From: Chrysomallon squamiferum
Taxonomy: Eukaryota > Animalia > Mollusca
Reading direction: 5' to 3'
NCBI GenBank assembly: GCA_012295275.1
Contig: CM022670.1
Span: 19,654,001-19,718,000 of the forward strand
DNA length: 64,000 nt
The notes under the pieces are model-generated. The model was not told the DNA's origin. It was given only the letters and a program-made list of their open reading frames with translations, and did not search any database. This document shows, piece by piece, positions 29,418 to 42,936 of this stretch. The position numbers and the translations under genes were made by a program. How positions within the stretch are numbered: the stretch's first letter is position 1; every line of letters begins with the position of its first letter.

Positions 29418-32400
29418 GTTGATTTCTATATTAGCCATGTAGTGAGACAAACAGAAAGAAGTCAAAAGTGTCAGTTACTTGAGAATTGTCTGCATAAAGG
29501 TAATAAAGTATCAGCCTAATGATGAACCAAAATACACATTCTCCAATACAAGTTATTATCTTTTACATAATTTTTGTTCGTTTGTTTTCTTGTTCTTGTT
29601 GGTCTTTTTTGTTTTGTTTTGTTTGTTGTTATTGTTCTTTTTGTTGTTTTGGGGGGTTTTGTTTAGTTTTTTTTACAGTTGTTGTATAACGACTGTTTTT
29701 GGTTTTGGTTGTTTTGTTTTCTCCTTTTTTTCCCCCTCTCGCTCTCTCTCTCACACACACACACACACACAAACACACACACGCACATTCTCTTTTCATC
29801 TCCATCTGTTAAAACCAAAACCCTTAAACATACACTACTCTATCTTCTTTTGATCTCTGTCTTAGATGTTCAACCAAGCTTCACCCGGTTTCAATCTGAT
29901 AATGCTATTTTCACAGGTGGAATAAGTTGTCATAATTATCCTTCCTTGTTCTCTCGTACTACAAAGCGTATTGGCTGCTCTGTGGCCATACATATATATT
30001 CTAGTTTGTTTATATTTTTGGTTATTCCGGGTGACATATAAATTGTATCAAACAGCAGACTTTATCTTCCTTTTTGTTTTTTCTTAATTTCAGTTTTCTT
30101 ACATTAGGAAGTCTTATATCTATGTGGGACACATACTAGGAAAAATAGACAACAAGAATGTTTTAAAATCTGAATGGAAAACTAATTAGTTTATTAAAGA
30201 ACGTGATATCACATCAAGTTTTATGTGTGATTTTATTCAAACAAACATCTTACTTAGAAAAGGTGTTATTACTGGTATTACTGTTATAAGACTATCTGCA
30301 TATAACTAAACGTACTTATAATTATATTATTATTCTATCTATTGGTAAGTGATAATATGTTTTAATATTATCTGTATTTATTGGATTTAAAACCTTCATT
30401 GTTATAATTTAAAGAGTTCAATTTCCCAAAGGGTTTATTCATAATTATTTTGTAAATGGTTGGAAGGAAATTATTGAAGATAATATATTTATTTTTCCTA
30501 CTGAAATAATTTATTTTACTCATTTATTTATTTATTCATTCATTCAGTCATTAATTTGTGTAATATTTTTCAGTAAATGTAGCTCGGAATAAAAATGCAT
30601 ATCAGAATTCTTATGAGAATGGTTATAAAAATCATGCTTCAAGAGGCGTTGATGAACAAACCTATGGATCATGGTCTGTGTCTATATCCACAGCTACAAA
30701 CCAGCCTTACACTTGGTGGGAAGTGGATTTAGGAAAACCTTACTTTATTCATCAAGTTAAAATATATTTCAGATATGACTGTAAGTATGAATATTAAACT
30801 ATGAATATACAATATGTACCATAAGTAAAACAAATACTGATGCTTGTAAATTTTAACTTTTAAGTGAGGGAAATGGTTATCAATTTTATGCTGTTTCTTT
30901 TGTTGTTGTTGATGATGATGATGTATAATTATTACAACAGGTTATTAGCTAAAGCTTGTGTTTATAATGTATCCAGGACAGCATTATTAATTTATTGGTG
31001 ACAATGTTTAATCCATAAATTGTATCCGAAGGTTACTGTTTAAGATCATGTTTCCACAATTTCATTCTACATGTACTGCATCAGTTCTAATAATAACATT
31101 TTAGCAAGATCGCCATACGGTGATCAGTACAGTCCAAGGACGTACGGAACTTCTGAACGTGTCCTCTGTTTAAATACGTTTTGTCGACACAATTCATAGA
31201 CAGTAACTTTATTCATTAAAATCATTCTGAAATTTCTTTTTCTTAACATGCATTTATTTATTTATTTATTTATTTATTTACATTTTACTAAATTATTTAG
31301 TTACTTATTTTAAGTAATATTATTTGAATTTATTAATAAAAGTAAGAAATAAATTGTATTTCATTGCTTAAGGTGACTGTAGTCCTAGTTCTCGTATTTT
31401 TTTCAAGCTTCTAAGTACATTGTAATACAGAAATGTTTCTAATTTAGTTAAATGGAGAAGAAATGGAGTACATGTGTACGCTAACACAGCAGCGAGACAG
31501 TCTAACAACCCAGAACATCTGTGTGGTACTGTTACTGGTAGAAAAGATGGATCTGACATTGATGAAGTTGTGACAATAAACTGTGATGTCAACGCTAGAT
31601 ACGTGACTGTTTATCAAGGAACAAATAATGGAAAATCGACAGCACTGGACTTTGTAGAAGTGGAAGTTTATGGTAATTCAACACATAATTGATATTTGTC
31701 ATTAGTGATAATTACTACTCTATTGATTATTGCAATTATAGGATCTCAGTAGAAATTTATAATAGACAAGAAACTATTATATTTAATAATACAGGGGAAA
31801 AAACAAGGAAACAAATCATTTAACTACCACAATGTTGAGATGGCTTGAATCAGTTAGAAATACATAATTTTTATTTTTATTTCTCAATTGAATTTATTCT
31901 CACATAATTATTGTGCTTCATTAAATATCTTTCATATATTTGATTTTGGGGGATTTATGGTATTTCCATTAAAATTCGTTGATTTATCAAATGATAACGA
32001 CTTTTTCATTATCACAGAATTAAAATAAACATTCAACAGTACTTAGACCACATCTCAGTAGGATGGAATTGAGGTTGCCTGCCATTTGTTACACACCTAG
32101 TTGTTATACAGTCAATTTAGGGACGAAGACACCAAATCTCTATAATATTAGTGGACCAGATACCGGCTGAATACATCTGTATACTGATACGTACTGTAAA
32201 CCTGTAATATATGTCCTAGTGCTTCATGAATAGTTCATGCATGCTGAATGTAATATAATAATTTGTGACTGAATTCATAGTAAATAGATGTGAATATGTA
32301 TTTCCGTAAATATTTCTTAATTGTTTGTATTATAAATCATTCCTTAAGCTGACTGAGTAACAGTTGGGAAGAAGAATGTAGAAGGCATATGATTATTATT

Positions 32401-35284
32401 TTATTCAGCCAAGATTTGTGTTGCTATAAACGGGATATGTAACAAATTGGAAGATATCTTCACAAGCATAGTTTTCAAAATATACATTTCCTTATATATA
32501 TTTATTTGCTCTTTCTTTTTTATTATTTTTTATTTACTTATTTCTTCTTCTTTTTTCTTTCTTCGTTTTTTCCTTTTCTTTTCTTTTTATCTTTTTGTTT
32601 TTCTTTTCTTTTCTTTTTTTTTTCCTTTTCAATATTTTTTTTTAATTGATATAATTTTAATCTATTTTAGGAACTTGTCAAACAGATATCTATTACGGAT
32701 CTAACTGTGACAAATCGTGTAATAACCGTCATTGTCAGTATACAAGTTCATGTCCTGCTGATACAGGTTCTTGTAATGGAGGATGTCAGACAGGATATTA
32801 CGGCACTGCCTGTGATAAATCGTGTAGTAACCGTCATTGTCAGTATACAAGTACATGTCCTACTGATGATACAGGATCTTGTAATGGAGGATGTCAGACA
32901 GGATATTACGGCACTGCCTGTGATAAATCGTGTAGTAACCGTCATTGTCAGTATACAAGTTCATGTCCTGCTGATGATACAGGTTCTTGTAATGGAGGAT
33001 GTCAGACAGGATATTACGGCACTGCTTGTGACAAATCGTGTAACAACCATCATTGTCTTTATCCAAGTTCATGTCCTGCTGATACAGGTTCTTGTAATGG
33101 AGGATGTCAGACAGGATATTACGGCACTGCTTGTGATAAATTGTGTAGTAATCGTCACTGTCAATCTACAAGTTCATGCCCTGCTGACACGGGTTCCTGT
33201 TATGGAGGATGTAAAGTTGGATGGATTGGAGTTGACTGTACAGGTAACTAAATCATAACTACAGAGTGAAAATTTATAGAAACATGTTTCTTCATTGTAA
33301 CTAATTTTTATGCAACGACTGGAGGGCATTGTGGGGATTAATTCACTAAAACTAAAGATTCGGACAATATTTCATGGCCCATTTATTACATGATATTTTT
33401 ACGTACTGGGGCAGGTAATTTACTATGTGCTTTGAATAGTAATTATTAGTCCATCTATCCGTCCTTTTCGGTGTTTATTTTATGCTTATTTTTATTTTTG
33501 TTCATTTTTATTTTTATTTTATACAAATATATTCAATATCATCTAAAATGAATCTGCGAAAATTAGTTTACATATTTATTTATTTATTTATATATTTTCT
33601 CTTGATTCCCTATGTATATGTATATATGTAACATATTGTTTTCAGTGGACGTGTATTTAATTTCAGGAGCATACGTTTCGTAAGGTTTAAATTTTACCCT
33701 AATTTATCTCTTTTTTCTTTTTTCTTTGTTTCTTTCTCTTTTTTTCAGATTGCGGGGACAGTGCTTGTTCGTTTCTTACATCAAATAACTGTACTGAATA
33801 CGTTGTTGTTAAAAAATACATTTATTTTCTTCATGATTATTTAAAATGCTTATCAAACAGACAGATAAATGAAAGAATTAGATCAGAAAAGACAAATGAC
33901 TTATTTGGTTACTTTATTTATGTTTTAGTTATGTGTCAGTCAGGTACAACATATGGTACTAACTGTAACAAACTGTGTAGAGATCGTCACTGTTGGAATT
34001 CGCAACAAAGCTGTCCTATAGAAACTGGATCATGTAATGGACAATGTCAGACAGGCTGGGCTGGAGTCGATTGTACAAGTAATTAAACATTTTAAAACAA
34101 ACATCACTATCACGGAACAAAATAAAATATATATTAAATATATAATAAATATATCTCGTTACTTTTTGTTCTTGGTAATCTGTACATCATTTAAGTGGCT
34201 ATCAGTCAGTCGATTAGATGGCGGATGGGAAATTTATATTTCTGAGTGATACATATTACTTTTATTAATTTTATTACATATCAATTTAAATGCTATGATA
34301 TTATGTAATTATGAAACATGTCCAGGCTATAAATATTTCTAACAACCCTATGATTTAATTTAACGGTGACTATATGTAAATGCAATATTTTTTTATTTAA
34401 AATTATATTTAATTCTATTCAACATTTGTATAATATTCTGTGCAAGGTCAGTTATTTTAAACACTTCTCTTTTTGTTGTTCTTCTATTTATTTTATTATT
34501 TTTTATATTATTTTTATTATTATTATTAATATATATATTGTAAAATAAAGTACAGTCATGTGATGTAACGCCATTTTCTTTCTGTCAATCAATACTTCTA
34601 ATTATTTGTGTATTAATCAAATTTAAAGAATTTATATATACTCAAATACTGACGAAAGTCTAATGAATTATTTTACTTATTCGATTTCTTCGATGCTTTC
34701 AGCGTGTCAGTCAGGTACAACATATGGTACTAACTGTGACAAACAATGTAGTGATCGTCACTGTTGGAATTCGCAAGAAAGCTGTCCTACAGACACTGGA
34801 TCATGTAGTGGACAGTGTCAGACAGGCTGGGCTGGAGTCGATTGTACAGGTAATTAAACAAACATCACTATCATGGAACAAAAGGAAAAATGAATAAATA
34901 AAATTGAAAAAAGAAAACAAGGGAAAAAAAACACTTTAAAACGTGTATATAACTCTGACCTGGCCGTTTTACTTTTCTTTGGGAATTTGGGCGAAGGGAG
35001 AGTTACAAAAATGAACGGTGAGTTTATCCGAGCAGATTCAATGCCTATTTTATTTTTGCTCTATAATTATTACAATTATTATGTTATGTAATGGAACAAA
35101 ATTATTTTCGAAATTCAATAAAAACACATTTGACAAAAATATATTATTTATAGATTTACGAAAACTGTTTTATATAGACGTACCAAATTATGTTTTATTA
35201 TCATTTTACAGAGCCTGGGTATTTGTTTCAGAGTTTTTGTAGGAGCGGTCAGTCACACTAGGCATATATTAAATATACCTCATC

Positions 35285-35338
<54 letters not shown>

Positions 35339-38221
35339 TATTATTAACAGCGTTTGGAATGTTGATCAATCAGTCAGTTTCTGGAAAGGAAAGTTATATT
35401 TCTGAGTGATCCATATTACTTTTATTAATTTTATTATGTATCAGTTTAAATGCTGAGGTATGATGTAATTATGAAACATTCGTATCTAGACTATAAATAT
35501 TTCTAATAAAGAGCCATGATTTATTTTAATGGTGACTTTACGTTAACGCAATATTTTTTGTATTTAAAATTATATTTATTATTTCTGATTATTTGTACAT
35601 TAATCCAATTTCAAGAATTAATATGTACAAATACAGACGAAAGCCTATTGAATTATTTTACTTATTCGATTTCTTCGATGCTTTCAGCGTGTCAGTCAGG
35701 TACAACATATGGTACTAACTGTGACAAACAATGTAGTGATCGTCACTGTTTTAATTCGCTACAAAGCTGTCCTACAGACACTGGATCATGTAATGGACAA
35801 TGTCAGACAGGCTGGGCTGGAGTCGATTGTACAGGTAATTAAACTTTTTAGAACAAACATCACTATCACGGAACAAAAGAAAAAATGAATAAAGAAAATT
35901 GAAAAGAGAAAACAAGGAAAAAACCCACTTTAAAATGTGTATATAACTCTGACCTGGCCGCTTTACTTTTCTTTAGGAATTTGGGCGAAGGGAGAGATAA
36001 CACAAAAATGAAAGGTGAATTTATGCTTATTTGAAAACATCCGAGCAGTTTCAGTGCCTATTTTATTTTTGCTCTATAATTATTACAATTTTTATGTTAT
36101 GTTATGGAACAAAATTATTTTCGAAATTCAATAAAAACACATTTGACAAAAACATATTATTTATAGGTTTACGAAAACTGTTTTATATACACGTACCAAA
36201 TTATGTTTTATTATCATTTTACAGAGCCTGGGTATTTGTTTCAGAGTTTCTGTAGGAGCGGTCAGTCACACTAGGCATATATTATTTGTGTATATTAAAT
36301 ATACCTCATCATTTATTATTATTATTATTATTATCATCAGCATCAACATCGTCGTCATTATCATTATTAACAGCATTTGGAATGTTGATCAATCAGTCAG
36401 TTTCTGGAAAGGAAAGTTATATTTCTGAGTGATCCATATTACTTTTATTAATTTTATCATATATCAGTTTAAATGCTGAGGTATGATGTAATTATGAAAC
36501 TTTCGTATCTAGACTATAAATATTTCTAATAAAATGCCATGATTTATTTTAATGGTGACTTTACGTTAACACAATATTTTTTTATTTAAAATTATATTTA
36601 GGATTTCTGATTATTTGTACATTAATCCAATTCAAAGAATTAATATGTACAAATACAGACGAAAGCCTATTGAATTAGTTTACTTATTCGATTTCTTCGA
36701 TGCTTTCAGCGTGTCAGTCAGGTACAACATATGGTACTAACTGTGACAAACAATGTAGTGATCGTCACTGTTTTAATTCGCTACAAAGCTGTCCTACAGA
36801 CACTGGATCATGTAATGGACAATGTCAGACAGGCTGGGCTGGAGTCGATTGTACAGGTAATTAAACTTTTTAGAACTAACATCACTATCACGGAACAAAA
36901 GAAAAAATGAATAAAGAAAATTGAAAAGACAAAACAAGGAAAAAACCCACTTTAAAATGTGTATATAACTCTGACCTGGCCGCTTTACTTTTCTTTAGGA
37001 ATTTGGGCGAAGGGAGAGATAACACAAAAATGAAAGGTGAATTTATGCTTATTTGAAAACATCCGAGCAGTTTCAGTGCCTATTTTATTTTTGCTCTATA
37101 ATTATTACAATTTTTATGTTATGTTATGGAACAAAATTATTTTCGAAATTCAATAAAAACACATTTGACAAAAACATATTATTTATAGATTTACGAAAAC
37201 TGTTTTATATACACGTACCAAATTATGTTTTATTATCATTTTACAGAGCCTGGGTATTTGTTTCAGGGTTTCTGAAGGAGCGGTCAGTCACACTAGGCAT
37301 ATATTATTTGTGTATATTAAATATACCTCATCATTTATTATTATTATTATTATTATCATCAGCATCAACATCGTCGTCATTATCATTATTAACAGCATTT
37401 GGAATGTTGATCAATCAGTCAGTTTCTGGAAAGGAAAGTTATATTTCTGAGTGATCCATATTACTTTTATTAATTTTATCATATATCAGTTTAAATGCTG
37501 AGGTATGATGTAATTATGAAACTTTCGTATCTAGACTATAAATATTTCTAATAAAATGCCATGATTTATTTTAATGGTGACTTTACGTTAACACAATATT
37601 TTTTTATTTAAAATTATATTTAGGATTTCTGATTATTTGTACATTAATCCAATTCAAAGAATTAATATGTACAAATACAGACGAAAGCCTATTGAATTAG
37701 TTTACTTATTCGATTTCTTCGATGCTTTCAGCGTGTCAGTCAGGTACAACATATGGTACTAACTGTGACAAACAATGTAGTGATCGTCACTGTTGGAATT
37801 CGCAAGAAAGCTGTCCTATAGACACTGGATCATGTAATGGACGATGTCAGACAGACTGGGCTGGAGTCGATTGTACAGGTAATTAAACTTTTTAGAACTA
37901 ACATCACTATCATGGAACAAAAGGAAAAATGAATAAAGAAAATTGAAAAAAGAGAACAAGGAAAAACCCCACTAAAACGTGTACATAACTCTGACCTGGC
38001 CGCTTTACTTTTCTGTGGGAATTTGGGCGAAGGGAGAGTTAACACAAAAATGAACGGTGAGTTTATGCTTATTTGAAAACATCCGAGCAGTTTCAATGCC
38101 TATTTTATTTTTGCTCTATAATTATTACAATTTTTATGTTATGTTATGGAGCAAAATTATTTTCGAAATTAGGCATATATTATTTGTGTATATTAAATAT
38201 ATCTCATCATTTATTATTATG

Positions 38222-38263
<42 letters not shown>

Positions 38264-41200
38264 AGCATTTGGAATGTTGATCAATCAGTCAGTTGCTGGA
38301 AAGGAAATTTATATTTCTGTGTGATAAATATTAATTTTATTAATTTTATTATATATCACATTAAATGCTTATATTATTTGTGTATATTAAATATATCTCA
38401 TCATTTATTATTATTATTATTATTAAAATCGTTTTCTGTGTTGATCAGTCAGTCAGTTAATGGAAGGGATATTTATATTTCTGAGTGATATATATTACTT
38501 TTATCATTTTATTATATATCAGTTTAAATGCTGTGATATGATGTGATTATGAAACATTAATGTGCATATTGTCAAATTTCCAACAGAACGCTATGATTTA
38601 TTTTAATGGTGTCTTGTTTGTACAAGTAATTAAACATTAAAGATGTGACTGTGTTTTCAGAAGAAAAAAAAAAAATATATATATATATATATATATGATA
38701 TTACATAAAATCAAGTAATAAATAATTCTGCGGACATAATACAAATGCAAAAGTAATTCTGAATATTTGTTGAAGATAAAAGTAAATATAAGAACAGATA
38801 CAGAATTTGTGTTGATATATGTGTTTATATTTAAGATTCTAATAAAGGAAGAAATTAAATAACATCTTAATAACACAAATATATTTAGCAATCAAATATA
38901 TATCACATAAACAAGAAAATATATATGAACTGATGAACTAATTTTATATTTTAAAAAGTATTATTCACTTTTCTTCTTTATTCTTCACATAGTCACTGTT
39001 CTAAAGAGACTGTATATGTTTTTTAGAATGTCAGACTGGTCAGTATGGTTCTAACTGTAACAAGTCGTGTAATGAACGACACTGTGCTGTTTCCTCTCCC
39101 TGTGACACACAGACTGGGTCTTGTATTGGAGGATGTCAAGCTGGATGGAGTGGAATTGATTGTACTCAAGGTGTGTACAAAATTAATTTTTCTTCGTCTC
39201 GTATTTTTCTGAAGTATGTATTATAAAATAATAGCAGTAGAAAATATTTTGATTTAAAAAAACAAATGTTCTAATGAACAGGGAATAAAAATATGTTTTC
39301 ATTGTGACTTTATAGAATTATGAACTTTCTTTTTCAGCGGGCACAAAAAGTAATAACCATTGTGCTGCAACAAATACGTCCTTTAACACACAAACACCTT
39401 TTATTTTCATATATATTTCTCGATTTCCATCTACAGTTACATATTTGATGCTGTGAATGATGACATTCCAGGCCGATTTAAGCTTCTTAATTAAAAATAA
39501 TAATTTATTTTGATTTGTTAGTTTACAGCGCTTTTGATTTGACCATGAAATGACACTTTGAAAAAGCTGTTTACTGTTATGATATATTTTACGTAATTGC
39601 CACGAAACGTTTCATTGATTCTGAAACCAAAACAAAAAAAATGTACAGTAGGCAGAATGCAAATTAAATCTAGAAAATTAAAAACTGATTCCATATTAGC
39701 CCGTATCAAAAAAATATTGCGTATAATTTATGTAAATTGTGTTTGCTATTCTAAATTATTCATGAAATAGGAATTATATGAGTAACAAGAAAAAGTACTT
39801 TTATTCTGTTTTAATAATACATATCTTAAAATCTTGATTATGGACAAAAATGAGGAAAATATTATTTATTTTAATAATAATTTTAGGCGTTGATATACAC
39901 TGAAGACAAAATATATTTGTTCCACAATAAGGCTTAAATAAACATTTCATTAAACTGAGAAGACATAATATTTTATGTCTACAAACCCACATTTAATATG
40001 TAGACCTATATATTTCAATCCAGAACCGGATGAGGAAATATTGCCTATATGAAATAGGAATTAGACAAGAAACAAGAAAAAGAATTTCTGTACTTTTTTT
40101 AAAACATGTGTGAAAAACTTAAAGGATTCGAAAAATAACTTTTAGTGGCATTTATAAACAGAGTATTGATGAAAACGAACTTTTACCCAAAATAATTCTT
40201 TAAAATTAAATTTATTACTAAAATTGGAAGAATAAACACCATATGTCTATATACTGATCATAATATGTAGATTTATTTCAAACCAGACGTCTTATAATTT
40301 TTCAGAATGTAATGAAACATATGGGACAAACTGTAGTTACAACTGCAGTGACAGACACTGCAAAGACGATGGCTCACCTTGTGATTCTAAAACTGGGAAA
40401 TGTGTTGGAGGATGTAAACCTGGCTGGATTAATGTTACGTGTACTCAGAGTAAGTTAGTGTATAAAGCTATAACTAACATCATTTTGAGTACATAATCAT
40501 AATTATTAACAACGATCTTTTTTCTGCAGTCAAGTAATTAGAATGCAGGGCTTTAATGTGATGTATAAAAGGAGCTATCGTATATGGCGCAGACATTAGG
40601 AGAGATTTACTTTCTGTCAGTACAACTGGTTTGCTAAAGATCATAATATAGTTATTTATTTTTCAGACGTATATGCTTTTGCTTTTCTATGGGATAGAAG
40701 TAAAATAATTGACTGGTTATTAAATATCCTGATTTATGAATGATGTTAGGAAAATGTAATTAACAATGAATATATTATGGTGACAATAAAAACTTCTGTT
40801 TTCTGTTAAATGATATTTGTCCTAGTGAGTGTTTCTATCACTGTAGAATGTCCTGCTGGTAAATACGGAGATGGGTGTTTACAAGAATGTATTGACAGAC
40901 ACTGTTACGGTGGTCAAAGATGTGATCCGGACACAGGCCGATGTGTTGATGGATGCATTACAGGATGGGAGGGAATTTCTTGTTCTAAAGGTAATCCAAT
41001 TTTATAATAATAAACTAACTTTTTATGGTCATAAGTAGTGTAAAGTACTTTATTGAAATATGTTGAATAAATACGTCGGAGGTAATATTTTATTTTCAAA
41101 GAACTGATATACTCGCTATTTATTTTTCAGTTTCTTCACAAAAAGAAACAAAGTCAACTAAAACTTCTGCAGAGAAATCTACAGACACATCTACTATAAC

Positions 41201-41878
41201 GGCTTTTTCAGTTGTCACGGCAATACTGTCTTTGTTACTAATGATATCCTTTATTGTTATTGTAAAGTAAGTAAATAATAAACAGAAATATTTACTCTGT
41301 AATAAACAACAATAATGTTTTGCCATACGACTGAGAAAAAAGTAATGATTTTAAAAGTCGTAATGCACGTAAAAGGCAAAACACTACATTTTTTTAATTC
41401 ATTTCTTTTTTCTATTTCATCTAGTAAGCATAATGGTTAACAGCTACGAAAGTGTTGGTATTCAGACAGCACTGTCTGTACTGTCTAAAATCGACTAATA
41501 AGAAATATGTATTAATTCTATAAAGTTTACTCTAACGAACTGATAAGAAAAAACCTACGTATTTTCAGAATGGCATTGATTATTCGTAAACGACCATCCT
41601 CCAGTGAACATTCAGTATCATTTGCAAAACATAGCAAAAGTCATCCCAGAACAGCAGCTACTCCATCATCAGTGTATGAAGTATTTGATGAAGACGCCAA
41701 TGGAGTCACACCAGCAGATCACAATGACTCACAAACAATTTCATCACGTCGTGCAGAGACAAGTTATGTAAACACTTTACATCAAGAAGAATTGGATCCT
41801 CAAGAAACAAACGATTACGATAAACTAGATATTGATGTTGCTGGACAGGGATCTCCATATGAAAAAATAAAAAAGTAA
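27182..41878 (+). CDS. Gene C: F-type lectin + 13 EGF-like modules + TM + ITAM-like tail (~899 aa)
   Basis: SP1 27182-27260 (or SP2 28624-28702), 30574-30780, 31448-31672, 32671-33243, 33929-34078, 34703-34849, 35688-35834, 36710-36856, 37732-37878, 39027-39170, 40306-40449, 40847-40990, 41131-41266, 41569-41878 = 2700 nt open frame, all GT-AG. Confidence 0.88.
28390..28452. repeat. (CT)n microsatellite before SP2 (paralogous tract at 49527-49592)
   Basis: Direct reading. Confidence 0.95.
28624..28702 (+). CDS. Gene C alternative signal-peptide exon SP2
   Basis: MAATWICFRFLFCYLILGSGKTFASS + G|GTAATC; same length and phase as SP1. Confidence 0.7.
30574..30780 (+). CDS. Gene C F-type lectin exon 1
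   Basis: NVARNKNAYQNSYENGYKNHASRGVDEQTYGSWSVSISTATNQPYTWWEVDLGKPYFIHQVKIYFRYD. Confidence 0.9.
31448..31672 (+). CDS. Gene C F-type lectin exon 2
   Basis: FKWRRNGVHVYANTAARQSNNPEHLCG...ARYVTVYQGTNNGKSTALDFVEVEVY. Confidence 0.9.
32671..33243 (+). CDS. Gene C exon with five internal tandem EGF-like repeats
   Basis: 573 nt; 105-108-nt units CDKSCxNRHCQYTSSCPA(D)DTGSCNGGCQTGYYGTA; the ORF track shows the wrong frame. Confidence 0.9.
33929..34078 (+). CDS. Gene C EGF exon
   Basis: MCQSGTTYGTNCNKLCRDRHCWNSQQSCPIETGSCNGQCQTGWAGVDCT. Confidence 0.85.
34703..34849 (+). CDS. Gene C EGF repeat exon 1
   Basis: 147 nt, phase 1-1; RHCWNSQESCPTDTGSCSGQC. Confidence 0.87.
35688..35834 (+). CDS. Gene C EGF repeat exon 2
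   Basis: 147 nt; RHCFNSLQSCPTDTGSC. Confidence 0.87.
36710..36856 (+). CDS. Gene C EGF repeat exon 3
   Basis: 147 nt; RHCFNSLQSCPTDTGSC. Confidence 0.87.
37732..37878 (+). CDS. Gene C EGF repeat exon 4
   Basis: 147 nt; RHCWNSQESCPIDTGSCNGRCQTDW. Confidence 0.87.
39027..39170 (+). CDS. Gene C EGF exon
   Basis: ECQTGQYGSNCNKSCNERHCAVSSPCDTQTGSCIGGCQAGWSGIDCTQ. Confidence 0.88.
40306..40449 (+). CDS. Gene C EGF exon
   Basis: ECNETYGTNCSYNCSDRHCKDDGSPCDSKTGKCVGGCKPGWINVTCTQ. Confidence 0.88.
40847..40990 (+). CDS. Gene C membrane-proximal EGF exon
   Basis: CPAGKYGDGCLQECIDRHCYGGQRCDPDTGRCVDGCITGWEGISCSK. Confidence 0.88.
41131..41266 (+). CDS. Gene C Ser/Thr stalk and transmembrane exon
   Basis: SSQKETKSTKTSAEKSTDTSTITAFSVVTAILSLLLMISFIVIVK. 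Confidence 0.87.
41569..41878 (+). CDS. Gene C cytoplasmic tail exon
   Basis: SSVYEVF, TSYVNT, NDYDKLDIDVAGQGSPYEKIKK-TAA. Confidence 0.88.
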
Positions 41879-42854
41879 CATATATACATGGATCAAGTTC
41901 AAATACAGCTCTTGTAATGGTAAACTGATTAATTAGTTATCTTAGCAATGTTTCTAAAACAGATATACCGTAACGATGTAGGCTATCACTTTATAAAAGA
42001 GATATCATTTCTGTTAATAATATGTACACCTTAAATCATTTTAATAATTTCATTAGAAACATGTAAATAGATTTCTAGATGCCTATTGTCCAAATTAACA
42101 GAGAGGCACTGAAAACAAATATTTTACTAAACGTCTGATATCGCTCATTGTGAATATTTAGTAACGTAGTCTCATTAGAACAGTAAATTATTCATGTATT
42201 ATTATCATCGTGACAATTCTTTAATACTCAGATACTGTTCATCATCTTTGTTATAAACAACTGGAGCTCAGCCGAGTATAAAGGTATTGTAATCAACATT
42301 TTACGTTGCAAATTAAAATACTCACGTATTAGTATTAAAAATATTTTAAGGGTTGTGAATACGTGTCATTGAGTAGTTTGCGCTACATACAGTAGTGTTA
42401 ACTTTACAATCATACAAGAATGGAGACTAATCTAATTTACATGAGACACAAGATGATGATTCAAATGGTGTGATCAAGAGTATATTGTACAGATTGACAT
42501 TAACCAATTACGAAAGATTTAATCGAACGAAACAAAATGAATTAAAAATGTATTATTTTGTGTATGTTCATGATGGCCCGCATAGACCAAAAAGAAGTAT
42601 TCATAAACTTTTATCAATGATTAATAAACAACAAGATGTAAATTATTATCGTAAACATGAGTTTGTAAGTGCTATGCTATTATGAACTAAGTAAAAGCAA
42701 TTTGAGTGATTTGTTATGGTGGTATTGCTTCGAATATAGATTCGACTACATTTACAAGTCAATCTTCGGCCAATAACGTTTATTTCGTTGTTTCTTAAAA
42801 TATTTCAGTGTAACCACATATATCTTGATATAGCGATTTATGATAAATATTACA

Positions 42855-42936
<82 letters not shown>

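Larger units (their letters stand above)
34640..38150 (+). repeat. Tandem ~1.0-kb exon+intron array in gene C
   Basis: Exon starts 34703, 35688, 36710, 37732 (spacing 985, 1022, 1022). Confidence 0.9.
24640..40650 (+). repeat. ~16-kb segmental duplication, copy 1 (copy 2 at ~45340-62027)
   Basis: Upstream DNA, exons and introns align closely by eye through ...ctaaagatcataatata; the left boundary is approximate. Confidence 0.88.

Noticed and set aside
32707-33258. 183-aa ORF MTNRVITVIV... (and 54306-54857, 20444-20638, 21836-22186)
   Set aside because: Shadow frames of Cys-rich EGF exons; splice phase gives the Cys frame
35018-37454. Repeated MKTSEQFQCLFYF... ORFs (also 56533-58807)
   Set aside because: They lie in the duplicated intron unit, start at TTG/GTG and have no domain; recurrence reflects DNA duplication
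34640-38150. Regular repeats as a CRISPR-like array or satellite
   Set aside because: Units are ~1-kb exon+intron duplicates in a eukaryotic gene, with no unique spacers
27182-41878. Assigning MEGF10/MEGF6/SCARF symbols
   Set aside because: Similarity is limited to generic EGF repeats, and the head is an F-type lectin rather than EMI, so orthology is unsupported
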